Part shown: positions 49,001 to 61,900 of the stretch, one piece after another
How the letters are laid out: each line of letters opens with the position of its first letter
Numbering within the stretch: position 1 is the stretch's first letter
Source of the DNA: Marsupella aquatica
Lineage: Eukaryota > Plantae > Marchantiophyta
Direction of reading: 5' to 3'
NCBI GenBank assembly: GCA_973895155.1
Contig: OZ316891.1
Span: 26,591,972-26,655,971, forward strand
DNA length: 64,000 bases
Translations under genes and position numbers: made by a program
The notes under the pieces: model-generated
The model's database searches: none
What the model saw: only the letters and a program-made list of their open reading frames with translations
Told to the model about the DNA's origin: nothing

Positions 49001-50292
49001 GCGGCTGCTTCAAATCCTTTAGCTAGTAGGGCCTGAAGAGCTATGACACAACGCTGGTGAAAATTGTACTGTCGAGCGTTGCCGCGAGAGTTGCCTTACG
49101 TGTATTAAGTTTTGAATGCGGTTCTCCAGTATATAGACAGCAATATATCGACCGCAATTGCAGAGTTCAACAGAGGGTACGGAATTTGGCAATTTCAACC
49201 AATCTAAAACCCGGAAGGGGGACACCCTAAAGACGAGGAAGATATTGCTTACCACCACAGGTCGCCCTTCGGCGTCGTGACCGGCAACGTATGCAGCACC
49301 TGATGCAAGCTCGGCCGAAAATTCATCTGCTATCAAATGATCTGTGAAGCCATTTAAAATGCTCAGGGCTCAATCAAGTTTGAGGTTGCAACCTACGGCA
49401 TAATCGACCGGCTTGGGAACCGGCGTCGTGCCTAGCAAAAATATGAGAGTGAGTGATGCATTCGAGAAGTTAAAGCTGCAACTGTACCAACTTCGAAGCT
49501 CTCTCGCCACGCAAGAGAAGATTTCAGCAGCTTAGCTGCCTTGCGTACATTTCCGCCTCGAGCTCTCAAGCTGCGCTCAATACAAGCATCGTCGCAATAG
49601 TCTGTCTGCACCACGACCGAATTGATGTAAATAAAACTGAGACTTCGTGCCGAGGTCCAACATTTCCTTCCGCACGAATATCGAGGAAAAGCTCGCAACC
49701 CTTACTGACACCATGCTTCTCCATCGCGCAGAGCCTTGAAATGAGACCAGAAGAGGCCTACCTTCAAATGCGGTCTATAACAAAATGATGAGCAAACAGG
49801 GATAAACGAGAGCTTCGATCAGGAGAAGAATTTCAATTTTTTCCCTACAGAAAATAGTGATACGTCGGAGCTGCCGCTACAACAAGAGCGTCCAATTGGG
49901 ACCTAGAAGAGAGAACTACTTCATTTGTTTGGATTTCTTTAATAATGACTACAGTTGAGCTGCACTGAAGAGGTGAACTCATCACATTGCTCTCTTTCAT
50001 TAACGGTACATCTTCCCCCACGGGCCCCGTAGAAGAAACAACCAGGTTCTAAACGACAGAAAGAAGAAATGGAAAGCCGAGTAAACAGAAGCAAAGAAGA
50101 AAAAGAAAAAGAAAAGGAAAAGGAAAAGGAAGAAGGCGATGAGATAGCGGAGGAGAACGATGAGTAAGGAGCTACCTGCTTCTTAGTGAGGGGACCGTCT
50201 TTCTGAATCAGACGCCGCACTGTGTTCACCTTCTCCTTCGTTGCCAGGAGAGCCTCTACATCTCGGGCTCCGATCGCGACAATGCTACTCAT
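46072..50292 (-). CDS. Sec14p-like/CRAL-TRIO lipid-transfer family protein, ~387 aa. Exons 50292..50176, 49605..49488, 49341..49253, 48319..48270, 47344..47256, 47010..46877, 46638..46072
   Basis: CRAL-TRIO_N ([30 protein letters not shown]), [31 protein letters not shown] and [31 protein letters not shown]. The C-terminal [13 protein letters not shown] motif resembles a known plant Sec14 subclade. Six GT-AG introns give a 1164-nt in-frame CDS. Confidence 0.88.
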
Positions 50293-50459
50293 CTGGACTT
50301 GCGACGACCCGAACTGCCACTAATCCGTCCACAATCAACCACTAACACAACTCGACCATCCGAGCACCGTAAGCACATCGTTAAAAAAGCTCCACAACAA
50401 CGCTCGATGTCCACCGGCGCCCCAAACCAAAACAAAACATAAAAAATGTCGGCGCCCTT

Positions 50460-50484
50460 CCCCGCCCCGCCCCGCCCCGCCCCG
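50460..50484 (-). repeat. (CGGGG)5 G-quadruplex-capable tract upstream of the Sec14 start codon
   Basis: The plus strand reads CCCCG x5 at 50460-50484. Confidence 0.8.
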
Positions 50485-52011
50485 TCACCGAATGACTTTG
50501 ACAAACGCCAACCCGCAGTGCCGCTCTAGGCCTCTAGCACTGGTACCAGCAGAGTCCTCACATTCATAACGAACCAGAGCATCACCACCAGCACCGCCGC
50601 GTCATGTCCAAGTACCACCACCACTCCCATACAACAAATCAAATGTACGTCGCCGACGTCATGCCCGGGAAACAAATTAATGCACAACTGTAGCAATCTT
50701 TTGTTCTCGTCGTCGTCGTCACTGAGTAACTCGCTCCGACGTCCATGCACGTATGCAAGATCTTGCACTGCTTTCCGTGCTTCCAATCTATCTATCTATC
50801 TATCCATCGATCCTCCATCGCTGCTACTCCTCCTTCTTTTTGCATTGAAAATTTCCGTTTTCTTAAAACATCAACCGCTCCTACTCCTGCTTCGTTTTGC
50901 ATTGGAATTCCATTTTCTTCGAACACCAACACCAACAGAACACAACCAGGGGAAGGGAAAGCCTACAAGCAAGGGAGACACGACACTCTAATCCTCAGCA
51001 CTCCTTCTTCTTCTCCTCGTCTCGTGCCTGCTTTGCCTCCTAACTACCAAAAAAAAACGCGCACCACCAACTCACCAATGCTCACCTCGTACATGCTCCG
51101 CTCCTAGAGCGCGCAAATCCAATCCGAGTTCGTCATAAAATCCATCATTCTGTTGCGCGACGCACGATGGTTTCCATCGTTGGTACCGAGGAAGGTTTTC
51201 GATCGATCGAGAACAGCAGAAGCTTCATCGATCGACTCGACAGCAAACTCCTTCACGCTTGGGGGGAACGTAGGGGAGCTGGTGCAGACACGAAACATCG
51301 GGTTTCCGCGACGACAGACACGATGTGGCGTGTTTGCAGCTAACCCTAGTGACGAATTGGATTCGCGAAGTGAGGTTTTCGCAAACCTCCGGTTCGGCTA
51401 CTGCGGAAGGGAGTGCTACTGCAGGGCATGGTACTGTAAGAAGCCGGCTACGTCGTCATTGCTCGTGCTTGTGTGAAACCGTCACTGTACGAAAGGGGGA
51501 TCGGGAGTTGAGTGAGGACCGGGTACCGGCCCTGTCGCCGGGTCTTGAATGCCGGGACCGGGGCACCGGGTGGAATTGATGAGAGAGGGGTCCTAAAAGC
51601 CCTTGGTTGGAGTTGCTTATTAAGTTGCTTATTATTAAGAAGCTGAGGCACCTTGGTCATAATTGATAACACGGGTCTTTGGTGATGGGCAGCGTCTTTT
51701 TGGGAGGGATATGCTTGGTGGACCCCATACATAAAAACTTTGCTTGACTAGCCCTTGGATACCTTTTTTTCCCATATCAACCTCTCCTAAAAATGAGCCA
51801 TAGAGGATGTTCTTGTAAAAGCATACTAGAACCAAACCTGGTCTAGAATGACTAAGCATACCAGAACCAAACCTGGTCTAGAATGACTAAAGGCCTTGAC
51901 TATGAGCTTTGCCCAGTTTTGATGTGAGTGCAAAGGTTTACCTAAAGGTGTTGCATGTGGCCGGAGTCATCCTAGTTCTTGACACACATGTCTTTTTGAG
52001 TAAAGTTATAT

Positions 52012-52535
52012 GATCAGTTATCAGTCGACCTGATATATCAGTTGTCACGTCATCTCAGAGAGACTGCCAAGATGCGGTGCCAAAAAAAATGCAAATAAAA
52101 AATTCAAATTTTTTTTCAAAATTTGATGGAGAAAAAAGAACCATTTTTGAAAAAAAAATTACTATGGGTGTCCGTACCCTATGGATACCACATCTCAGCG
52201 GGGCCAACCAAGATGGCCAGGTGTCCATATGGTACAGACACAGATTTTAGTCAGGAAATGTTTCTGAATTTTGTTTTTTGAATTTTTCAAAAATTAAAAA
52301 TTTTAAAAATTTTCCCATTTTTTTTGTTCGGACGCCGATGTTGGCGAGGTCAGCTGAGATTGACTCAATCTCAGCTGCCTAGCTGAGATGCATGGAAGTG
52401 CGAAGTTGTCATCTCAGCTACCTAGCTGAAATGCATGGAAGTGCAAAAGTAGTTATCTCAACTGCTCAATTGAGATTCAAAATTTTCAAGGCGAAAAAAC
52501 TAATAACTGATATCAGCGACTAATAATTGATGATC
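52012..52535. mobile_element. Degenerate foldback/MITE-like element
   Basis: Imperfect inverted ends (GATCAGTTATCAGTCG..CTGATATATCAGTT vs AACTGATATCAGCGACTAATAATTGATGATC), internal inverted A/T tracts and repeated TCTCAGCT/AGCTGAGA motifs. Confidence 0.45.
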
Positions 52536-55360
52536 CTCGCTACCCGCCCCCCCCCCCCCCCCCCCCTCTGGGCTCCAAACCACAAGATTAGTGACGACAT
52601 GTCTTTCCGTTTCATTCCTTGATTTGACAATTTCCTCCCAGTAGATTATTTTGAGGCCCCTTTTTGCAAACACTCTCATTGAAATAAATGTTTTGTGTAC
52701 TTTGAAGATTGGTCCATGATATCTTCCAAACCCACCAGTGTCCATTCACCCACCATCCCCACATTTTTTAGTCTTTCTCCTTTCTCACAGCAAGGTAGGA
52801 GGACTCCCACATTTTCCCCCTTCCTCATACCAGGGAAGGGGTTCCCATAGTTTTTGCTTATATGTTCCATTTTCATTCTGTTTCCCTAGTTTTCTTTGTT
52901 ACCTCCTTTTTATTTGTTCCCATAGGAGGCTAGTGAGTATGGCACCAGCCTGGATAATTCTTTGGACGCAACCCAGTGATGGTGAGTAGTCTAATGATGA
53001 TTGGAGCCATCTCTATTTGCATGTACGGACTTGGGCCATATGAAGGCTATCCTTATATTTTTGAAAATTTTATTTTCAACAATTGGTGGGGTCCCTCCTT
53101 TCTAGACAAATGGATGGTGCCAGCCAGGAGGATTGAGCCAGGTGGACATGGCAATCCGATGAGTTAGATAAGATAAATTGAGTAGGTAGAACATTTTGGA
53201 CTCAAGTGGGTCCTGGTTTAGTGGAATAATAATGGGCACTGCCGAAGACACCGACAACCTCCCTTATGATAGAATAGGATAGGATAGGTTGATGATATAT
53301 GTGTGTGCCGCATATTTTAGATTAGATAAGCTTTGAGACGTGGCAGCCCTGGGGTGGCAGCGCACCACAATGGGGGTGGACACATCGAGTGGCATGTTTG
53401 GGTGTGCTTGGGTATTTAAGTGGCAGCCCTTAGTAGATGTGCAGAGGGGTAACTCAGTCTAATGTTTTTTCTTGGGGAAGTTCGCACACAACAAGCAGAG
53501 ACATTTAAGCCGGAGTAGTGAGGTGGAGACTTACCGCTTGTTCCAATTAGGCAAGAGTTGGGCACACAACAAGAGGTCGGGTTGTCCTTGCATGTTACGG
53601 TTTCCCACCAAAAGACATGGATTTTGTTTGATTCTTAGAATTTGTGTGTTGTTGTCTCTCTTGTGTCACAGTTGTGTTTTTTCCCTGCGAATTTCTAAGA
53701 AATCCTTCTATGTATCTGCTGCCCATGTGAATAGGGGGAGTGGTGACAGCACTACACCAGTGGTTAGTAGGAGTAAGTGCGGCGTAGTCCACGGGACTTG
53801 ATCAAAAGCGGAGAGACTAGTCAGTAAACTTGATCAAAAAATACATTTGGGGGAGCGGAAACAAAGATACTTGTCTTACGGGTGAATAATCCAAATAGCG
53901 TCCCTCAAGGTCCCTGTCATACAATACAAACAGTTTTAGTAGAGGAAAATATGTGTTTGTCGTGTAACTCGTTTGATAAGTAGATGACAAGACCCTTAAA
54001 TTGGTGAATGAAGTGGAGCCTAGGGTCTCCTTAAACCTCTGGACTGCCTTGAAAACTGGAGGTTTTTATGTATGTAGTTTGCATTTAATGACAAAGAATG
54101 GTCCCCCATGAACAATTGACCAGCTGGTGTTGTAGTGCAAGAGATGGGTATGGGTGGTCTCTAGGCTTTGGACAAAATTCATAAAACAAACTGATGTTGT
54201 CATTACTTTACATGAAGATCTCTACCACCTTACCTTAGTATCAATTGAAAGGAGGTTTTTAATTTGTTCATGTCTTATTAATTACTCGTAGGCTTTTTCC
54301 CTTTCATTGGATTTTCTTAGTAGTTGATAGCCCTGGTTCTCATTGCATTCATATTAAATGATACTGAATCATAATCATAAATATTTAAAGGTAATGACTT
54401 CTGACAATAAACACTATCAATTTAATTACACACAATTCATTTGATTCCAAACCATAAACTCTGAACCCCAAACTCCTTACGCCCTGTTATTGTGACCCAA
54501 GGATATGGTTTTGTTAATAACATTAATACATATTTTCATTTCAAGGACCAATATGGCATATCTCAAAAAGCATATTATGGGACATAAAGCTCACCCTAAA
54601 CAATAAACATTATAATTATCAGAATAAATCCTTGGCTCTGGTAGTTTATACTCTGAGGTAAAGCTTTGCTCTAAGCCTAAACCCTATTTGATTTTGTGCC
54701 TGCCAAAAATTGTCATTGCCTTTGCCCAAACCAACTAAATAATTGTGTCTGCCCAAACTCACAAGAAAAGCAACATTGATGCTCCACAACACAGAGCATC
54801 CTGGCTGACTTACCAAAACCTAAACTCAAAATTAATTTAAAGACATAATCCATATGCAGTGCATCACAGAACTGTGGCCCCACTGCATACACAACAACAT
54901 GATCGAGCACAGGAGACAACTGTTGTGGTGACATGATAAGGCACGGTAGGAAAGTGTGCATTTCTACCTTATAGAAGAACTGAGATTATGGCTCATTCAT
55001 TAATAAGGGTTTAATCAGGGCAAAAACAATTTCCTGGGGGCTGATCAAGTAAAGTTCTTTTGGTCGGGGGTATACCAAGCATATCCCTCATCTTTTTGGT
55101 CCCGGTAATTGCATTTCAAAAAACAAGAGCAAGTTACGGAGAAGAAACAACAAATGAATGAATGAGAGAGACTGTCCCTCTAATTGAGTTCTATCAAAGT
55201 TGTGTGTCATCTGCATTTAATAATTCATGGAAGATGAAACCACTAGGATCTCTATATGACTGCTCATCTCGCTTCTCCCCAAATACTGGAATCTCTGCCC
55301 ATCTTGCTTCTCTCAAAATACTGAATCTTGTCTATCTTCACAACCTGTCCATTGAAGCTA

Positions 55361-55648
55361 CACTATTCACCGTAATTAATGTTATGCAAGAATTAGTGTT
55401 ACTAACACTAATTTTTGTTGGTTTTCAAAACAGATTTTGTTTACTTTAGTATAATTGCTTGTAAAAGGCTGATCTTTAGTCCAAAGTAACACTAATTGTT
55501 GTGGACTTTTCAAAATAGTCTTTTTTACTCTATTTTGCCTAAAATAGTGTTAGCACAAAATTAGTGTGACTAACACTAATTCGTGAGTAGACCCTGAAAA
55601 TGGGCGCTCTCAAATTAGTGTTAATCACACTAATTACAGTGAACAGTG
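55361..55648. mobile_element. MITE with 18-bp TIRs and TA flanks (Tc1/mariner-type TSD)
   Basis: ta-CACTATTCACCGTAATTA ... TAATTACAGTGAACAGTG-ta (16/18 match). Internal AATTAGTG/CACTAATT palindromic subrepeats. Confidence 0.7.
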
Positions 55649-58371
55649 TAATTGTCTGAATCAACTTTTATCTTGGATCCTTTACATGTTGCATTTTATT
55701 ATATAGCTCCTACTCATCTCCAAATCACTATTTAACCATGGACAAGCCCAAGTGTCCCCCTGATGTCATTGCTAGTTTCTTTCTCTTCACTTTTTTCATA
55801 ATTTGATATTAGCTAATTGGAAGTTTAAATCCTAATGGCACTCAACATGTTTCCAATAGTTCCCCTCATATATGGTTGGGTATGCATCGAATGCCAACAA
55901 AGAATAATTTCAAATTTCTCCCTGATCCACTCTGCTACGCATCTTGAGCCTGGCAATGTTTTTTTCAAAGTGTCTTAATCATGCCATCCAGGGGCACGTA
56001 TCAGAGTCCGCACTTAATAAACCATTTCGTGCTCTCGGGGGTCTCACTATATGGATGCCTCCCCCATCACCTGCGACATTTTTAGGCCTCAGAGACCCTA
56101 AAATGTAAGAAAAATATTATTTTAAACCCTTATAAAGTTAGAATATTCCAAAAAATTTAGAAAGACACTAATCTTCTTAAAAGTCTCAAATTGGATTTAA
56201 ACTACTCTATTGTTCTTCTGAGAAAATTTGTAAGTCTTCCCTTCAAACCAATAAAATGACCTTATCATTCATTGCATGTGATGTGTCATTTTTGTGGAAG
56301 TGAAACCCCCGAGTTTGTGCTTAGAGTTTTTAGAACCATTTTGGAATATATGTCCAATTAATTGCCAGATTTGTCAAGTATTGAAGAGCTCACAAATTTC
56401 TAGATTATTCTACCCTTACTTGAAAGTCAGGCTATGTCATCAGCCAAAAATAATTCAAATTCTGAGTCATCTATTCATGCCTAGAATTCTTACTCAAAAT
56501 TTTGAAAAAGTTTTTCAGGGACTATAACATTGCTAGATTTCATGAAGTATTATAAGAGCTCATTGACTTTTGGATAGTTCTACCCTTCCTTGAAAGTCTA
56601 GGTATGTCCTCTACAAAAACCTATTTTGAAGTTGTCATTCACTTTCAATGAAACCTTTTGTGCTAAAACATTTACAAACATTTTATATATAGCATTCTAG
56701 TTGTTGGGTTCACTCAACACGCATTAGAGTAAGTCTTTCTAGTAAGGGTTGGAGATGCTCTAATCTACAACTATAATAAGGGAATCCCGTCAAATCACTC
56801 TCATCATCCGTTTACAACATGGGAAAAAGGAGGGAACATTGCTTTACCGTCAGATGATGTGTAGGAATATTTGAGACTCTTGGATTGGGTGAAAAGGTGC
56901 CCACAATAATAGTAGGATAAGTAAAGTATATGTGACAAAGTGACATGTGCTAGCTAGAGTACACAATGTTGGCTATGCTATAGTCAGTTCATAGAGTACT
57001 CTTTGGTATGCATGGGGGGGGGGGGGGGTATTAAATGAATAGATTGTCGTGAGAGGAGATTTTTGGCATTGAGCAGATAAAGAGTAGGTAAATTGACATG
57101 AGAAAAATTTGGGGGCCTTTTCCTCTCCAAAAGTGAATATTCATTTTCTGATAGTTAGCTTTGTTTTTACCTCCCCATTTTTTTTTCTCCAATTTTAAAG
57201 GTGTTGGAGGGAAGAAAAAGGGGGAGGGCACGGACATAGGCACTCTAAGGGCAGGAGGAAAGACACATGGTGGGGGGGGGGGGTGTGAAGGGGGGGAAAA
57301 GTTGAAATATTTGCTTCCTATATAGCATCATTCTTCCGCCTTCACCCAAGTTTTGTCTCCCCTACCCACCTGTACATGTGTTGCGTTCTATGTTGACAAC
57401 ATAGACGCATTTGAATCACAACAACTTCCAAAAGGACAACACTTCCATGCAACACCGCCACAACACCACTTCTACTCCACAAAGATTTTTACTCATTCAA
57501 CAACTCTTTTCTTGGCAATTGTTTTGATTGACAATCCTAATAAATCTACTATTAACCCGCAATCTTTCCACAACCACAACTCAAATCAGCGGAGAGATAT
57601 TCACTCGCATCGACTCCTCAACGGACACATCGACGAGAGCTCCAGCTTTGTTCCCGGCTGTGCCTGCACGTGCTCAACGGTTTTCTAGGCTAGCGGTGGC
57701 GCCGCTTCTCGGATTTTGACGCGGTGGGCTCTCTCCATAGCCTTCCCTTTCTTTTCACATGTCTTGGTTGGGCCTTTTGTCACTTCTTGATGCGCTTTTG
57801 CTTTTATCGGGTTGCGACCTGTCATGTCTACGTTGAGAGTGTTGGCGCGGGGCAAGCGCCCAGCCCCCCCACACAGTTCTCCCCCCTCCTCCCCCCCGCC
57901 TCATGGTCGCCTTCGTGTTTGCTCTTCTTCATTGGATCTCTCTCATCTTCGTGATGACCCCATGCCCGATGTTCTACCAGTCCCCCCAGTCTACTGCCCA
58001 CCCCATCGACGCCCTGGGTCCTCTCCCCAGCCCATTCCCCCTCCACCCCTCCAGCATCCCCCTCCGGCCTCTTCGTCCACGTCGGTTCCCCCCCACCTCC
58101 TGTCCAGTCGTTCCCTGCTCCCTCCCCAGACGAGCGTCCCCTGCATACTTGTCCTGAGTGTGGCTGGGTTGGCCTCTCCCTTCCTCATCACCGCGGGCGG
58201 GGCCGGTGCCAACGTCGCCAGCAAGCCCAATCCCAGCCCCAGCCCCCTCTTGACCCAGTTAGCTCTGCCCCTCCTTCCTTGGAGGCTTCCGAGCAGGCAT
58301 GGAGTTGGGTTCGCTCTCTAGACCCCCTTCCAGCCTACCATCCAGGGTACATTAGACCTCGCCTTTATAAC

Positions 58372-58792
58372 TGTTGAGCATAGACGACGATCGCAACGGC
58401 AAGCCCATGAACCATCCAACGCACAATAGTCGACACAAGAGATACGTGGTTCACCTCCTTGAGGCTACGTCCACGGGAACACACAAGAGAGCTTTACTGA
58501 ACTCTAAGCCCGTCAGCTATACCGAGTCTCCACAGTGTAAGCTCTCCCTATCTCTCAAGTGGCTCCATAACAATGAGCCTTGGTTCTACCTCTCCAAGCA
58601 CACATGCCTCTTATGATATAGTGTGCAACTTAGTTGTACCTAACCACATAATTGTACCTAATCACGTAGTTGTACCTAACCACATAGTTATACCTAATCA
58701 CGTAGTTGTACCTAACCACGTAGTTGTACCAACCCACGTTGTTGTACCAACCACGTCATACCTAACCTAGACGTAAGAGTAAATACCCAACA
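58372..58792 (-). repeat. 3' LTR (421 bp) containing an 18-bp minisatellite
   Basis: TGTTG...CAACA termini. About 7 copies of GTTGTACCTAACCACGTA at ~58632-58768. Predicted TSD ATAAC at 58367-58371. Confidence 0.9.
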
Positions 58793-58982
58793 ATCTTCCC
58801 CTTGACTCTGGTCTAGGGGAGAGTAATACTGCCAATGTATATGATCCCTCAGTGGGAAGTTCTGGACAAAAACCAAACTAATTTCCCTCTCTAACTAGAG
58901 CAAACCAGAACTAAGCCGTAGCCTAATACATAGGAATGAGGAAAAGCATATATCAGTAATTACAATGAATGTTAAGAAAACT

Positions 58983-61900
58983 CTACTTGTGATGCAATTG
59001 CAAAACCTGCAATACGTCACGGTGTCTAGAGAAACTCTCCAAAGGAATCACTTTGGTAAATGCGTCAGCCGGGTTGAGTTTACCATCAATCTTGACTAGC
59101 TCAAACAAATTATCAGACACAGCCTGCCTGATAAAATGGTACCTGACATCAATGTGCTTCACTCTGCTGTCCATCACCTGGTTCATAGCAAGGTGGAGCG
59201 CACTTTGACTATCACAATGGAGCTTCACATTCCCCTGTGGCAATCCCATTTCAGTGATAAGTCTATCCAACCAAATCGCTTCCTTTGCTGCTTCCGCAGC
59301 TGCAACATACTCCGTTTCTGTAGTAGACTGAGCAATACACTTCTGCAAAGTAGACCTCCAACTTATGCATCCAACGCCAAGTGTGAACACGTATCCTGTT
59401 GTTGATCTCCTTCGGTCCAAATCTTGTCCATAGTCAGAATCAACATAGCCAATCAATGATTTAGCATTCTTTGCATTCGCATCAAATAAAAGACCATGAT
59501 CCACGGTACCCTTCAAGTACCTGATAATCCACTTCACTGCTTCCCAGTGTACCTTCCCTGGATTTGACATGTACCTGCTTACCTTGCCCATAGCCATGGC
59601 AAGATCAGGTCTAGTGCAAGTCATCAAATACATGAGACTCCCCACTGCCTTGTCATACGGAACCTTTGACATCAACCCCTTCTCTATGTCATCCGTAGGA
59701 CAGAACGCTGATGATAACTTGAAGTGTGGAGCCAACGGGGTACTTACTGGCTTGCTATTCCCCATGTTGAACCTTGCAATTACCTTCCTCGCATAACTGC
59801 TCTGCGTCAACCATAGCTTGCCAGCCTCCAAGTCCCTAGTGATCTCCATACCCAAAATCCTCTTAGCTGGCCCTAAGTCCTTCATCTTAAACTCTGCACT
59901 AAGCAGTGCCTTGAGCTTAACAATCTCAGACCTATCCTTGGCTGCAATTAGCATATCATCCACATAAAGTACTAAAACAATGAACCCAAATACAATATTC
60001 TTTACTGATTTCAAATACACACAAGGGTCAAATACACTTCTGTGAAAACCTTGTGACCGAATCCAATCGTCAAACCGCTTGTTCCACTGTCTTGGTGACT
60101 GCTTCAACCCATACAAGGATTTCAGCAATCTGCAAACCAATTCCTCCTGTCCTCTCTTCACAAAACCTAGCGGTTGTCTCATGAAGATCACCTCTTCCAA
60201 TGTGCCATAGAGGAAAGCTGTGACAACATCCATCTGATCTAGCAGCAGACCAAACATTACAACAAGTACACACAATAGTCGTATTGTAGAGTACTTAGCA
60301 ACTGGTGAGAAGACCTCATTATAATCCACACCTTTCTCTTGTGTGAATCCCTTTGCTACCAACCTAGCCTTGTAGACCTTCGATCCACCTCCTATGGAAT
60401 TATCCTTTAGCTTGTAAATCCACTTGCTGTCCACCACTTGCTGACCCTTAGGCAGCTTAACAAGATCCCAAGTTTTGTTGTCCTTTAGTGACTGCATCTC
60501 CGTTTGCATTGCTGCAGTCCACTTCTGCTTCTCCTTTGAAGCACTTGCCTCATGAAATGAAGAAGGTTCCCCTTCTTCCAAAATTAACGCATCACCCTCA
60601 TCATCAGTTGCAAAATCATTTTCTTGCAGTTGAGATGAATCAACCCACTGTCCATACCTTGGTGGAGCACGTACAGTGCGACCAGATGTTCTTCTAGCCG
60701 ATGACTTCGGTTGATCTGCGTGTGCTGGTACAATTTGAAGCTCAACAGCATCCACTTGCTGCTCACCAGCATCAACAAACTCCTCTGGTTCCTCTGGCAC
60801 AGGAACCAGCTCCATAATTGGAGCAACTCCTTCTCTCCGGTCATGCACCTCATAACCAATCTCCCCCTCAACGAGATCCGGGATAGGAGATTTTCCTTTG
60901 TCAGTACGGGAGACCTGAGTATTCTCCCCCTCCTTCAATAATCTGGATTCATTGAAGGAAACATCCCTACTGACAACGAGCTTACAGGCAATAGGATCCC
61001 ATAGCCTATAGGCTTTCACACCACTCTGGTACCCAAGAAAAACACATTTCTTGGAGGTAGGATCCAACTTGGTCCTATTCTGCTTCGGTGTGAGAGCATA
61101 TGCATCACTTCCAAAAACTACCAAGCCATGATAGTCTGCTTGCCGCTTATAGCGCATCTCAAACGGCGTTTTGAAATTGATAGCACTAGAAGGAGAAAGA
61201 TTTACCAAATAAGCTACGGTATTGATAGCTTCTGCCCAAAATTCTTGTGGTAAACCTGATTGGCTCAACATACTCCGTGACCGCTCCAACAGTGTCCGAT
61301 TGAGCCTCTCAGCGACACCATTCTACTGCGGAGTATAAACTGTGGTGAGATGGCGAGTTATCCCCTGTTCTGAACAGTACTCTTCAAATTCCATTGAAGT
61401 GTACTCCCCGCCGTTGTCTGACCTCAGACTCTTCACCCTTGTATCCAAACACTTGATCGTGTTTCCAGTCTGATTCTCCACCTGGGCCTTCCACTTCTTA
61501 AAAATGGACAAGACATCAGACTTATGCGTCATAAAATAAATCCACACAAATCTTGAGTAATCATCAATAAATGATACATAGTACAACTTTCCAGAGTGTG
61601 AGGGAGTCGGGGATGGACCCCACACGTCACTATGTATGTACTCAAGAACCGCTTTGGAACGATGAGTTCCAACACCAAAAGCACGACGATGCTGCTTTCC
61701 AAGAATGCAATGCTCACAAAACTCTAATTTACAAGATTGCAAATCAGAAATGAGTCCATTCTTCCGTAAGATAGCCAAACCCTTCTCACTCATGTGGCCT
61801 AGCCGTGAATGCCACGTTGAGTCATCTCCTCGTGAGACTTGGTTACATTGGCCTCTCCACATACAATATTGCCCTGTAACACATACAAATTCTTTTGTCT

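Noticed and set aside
57812-58321. 169-aa Pro-rich ORF
   Set aside because: Non-ATG start in C-rich low-complexity DNA beside the LTR, with no domain.
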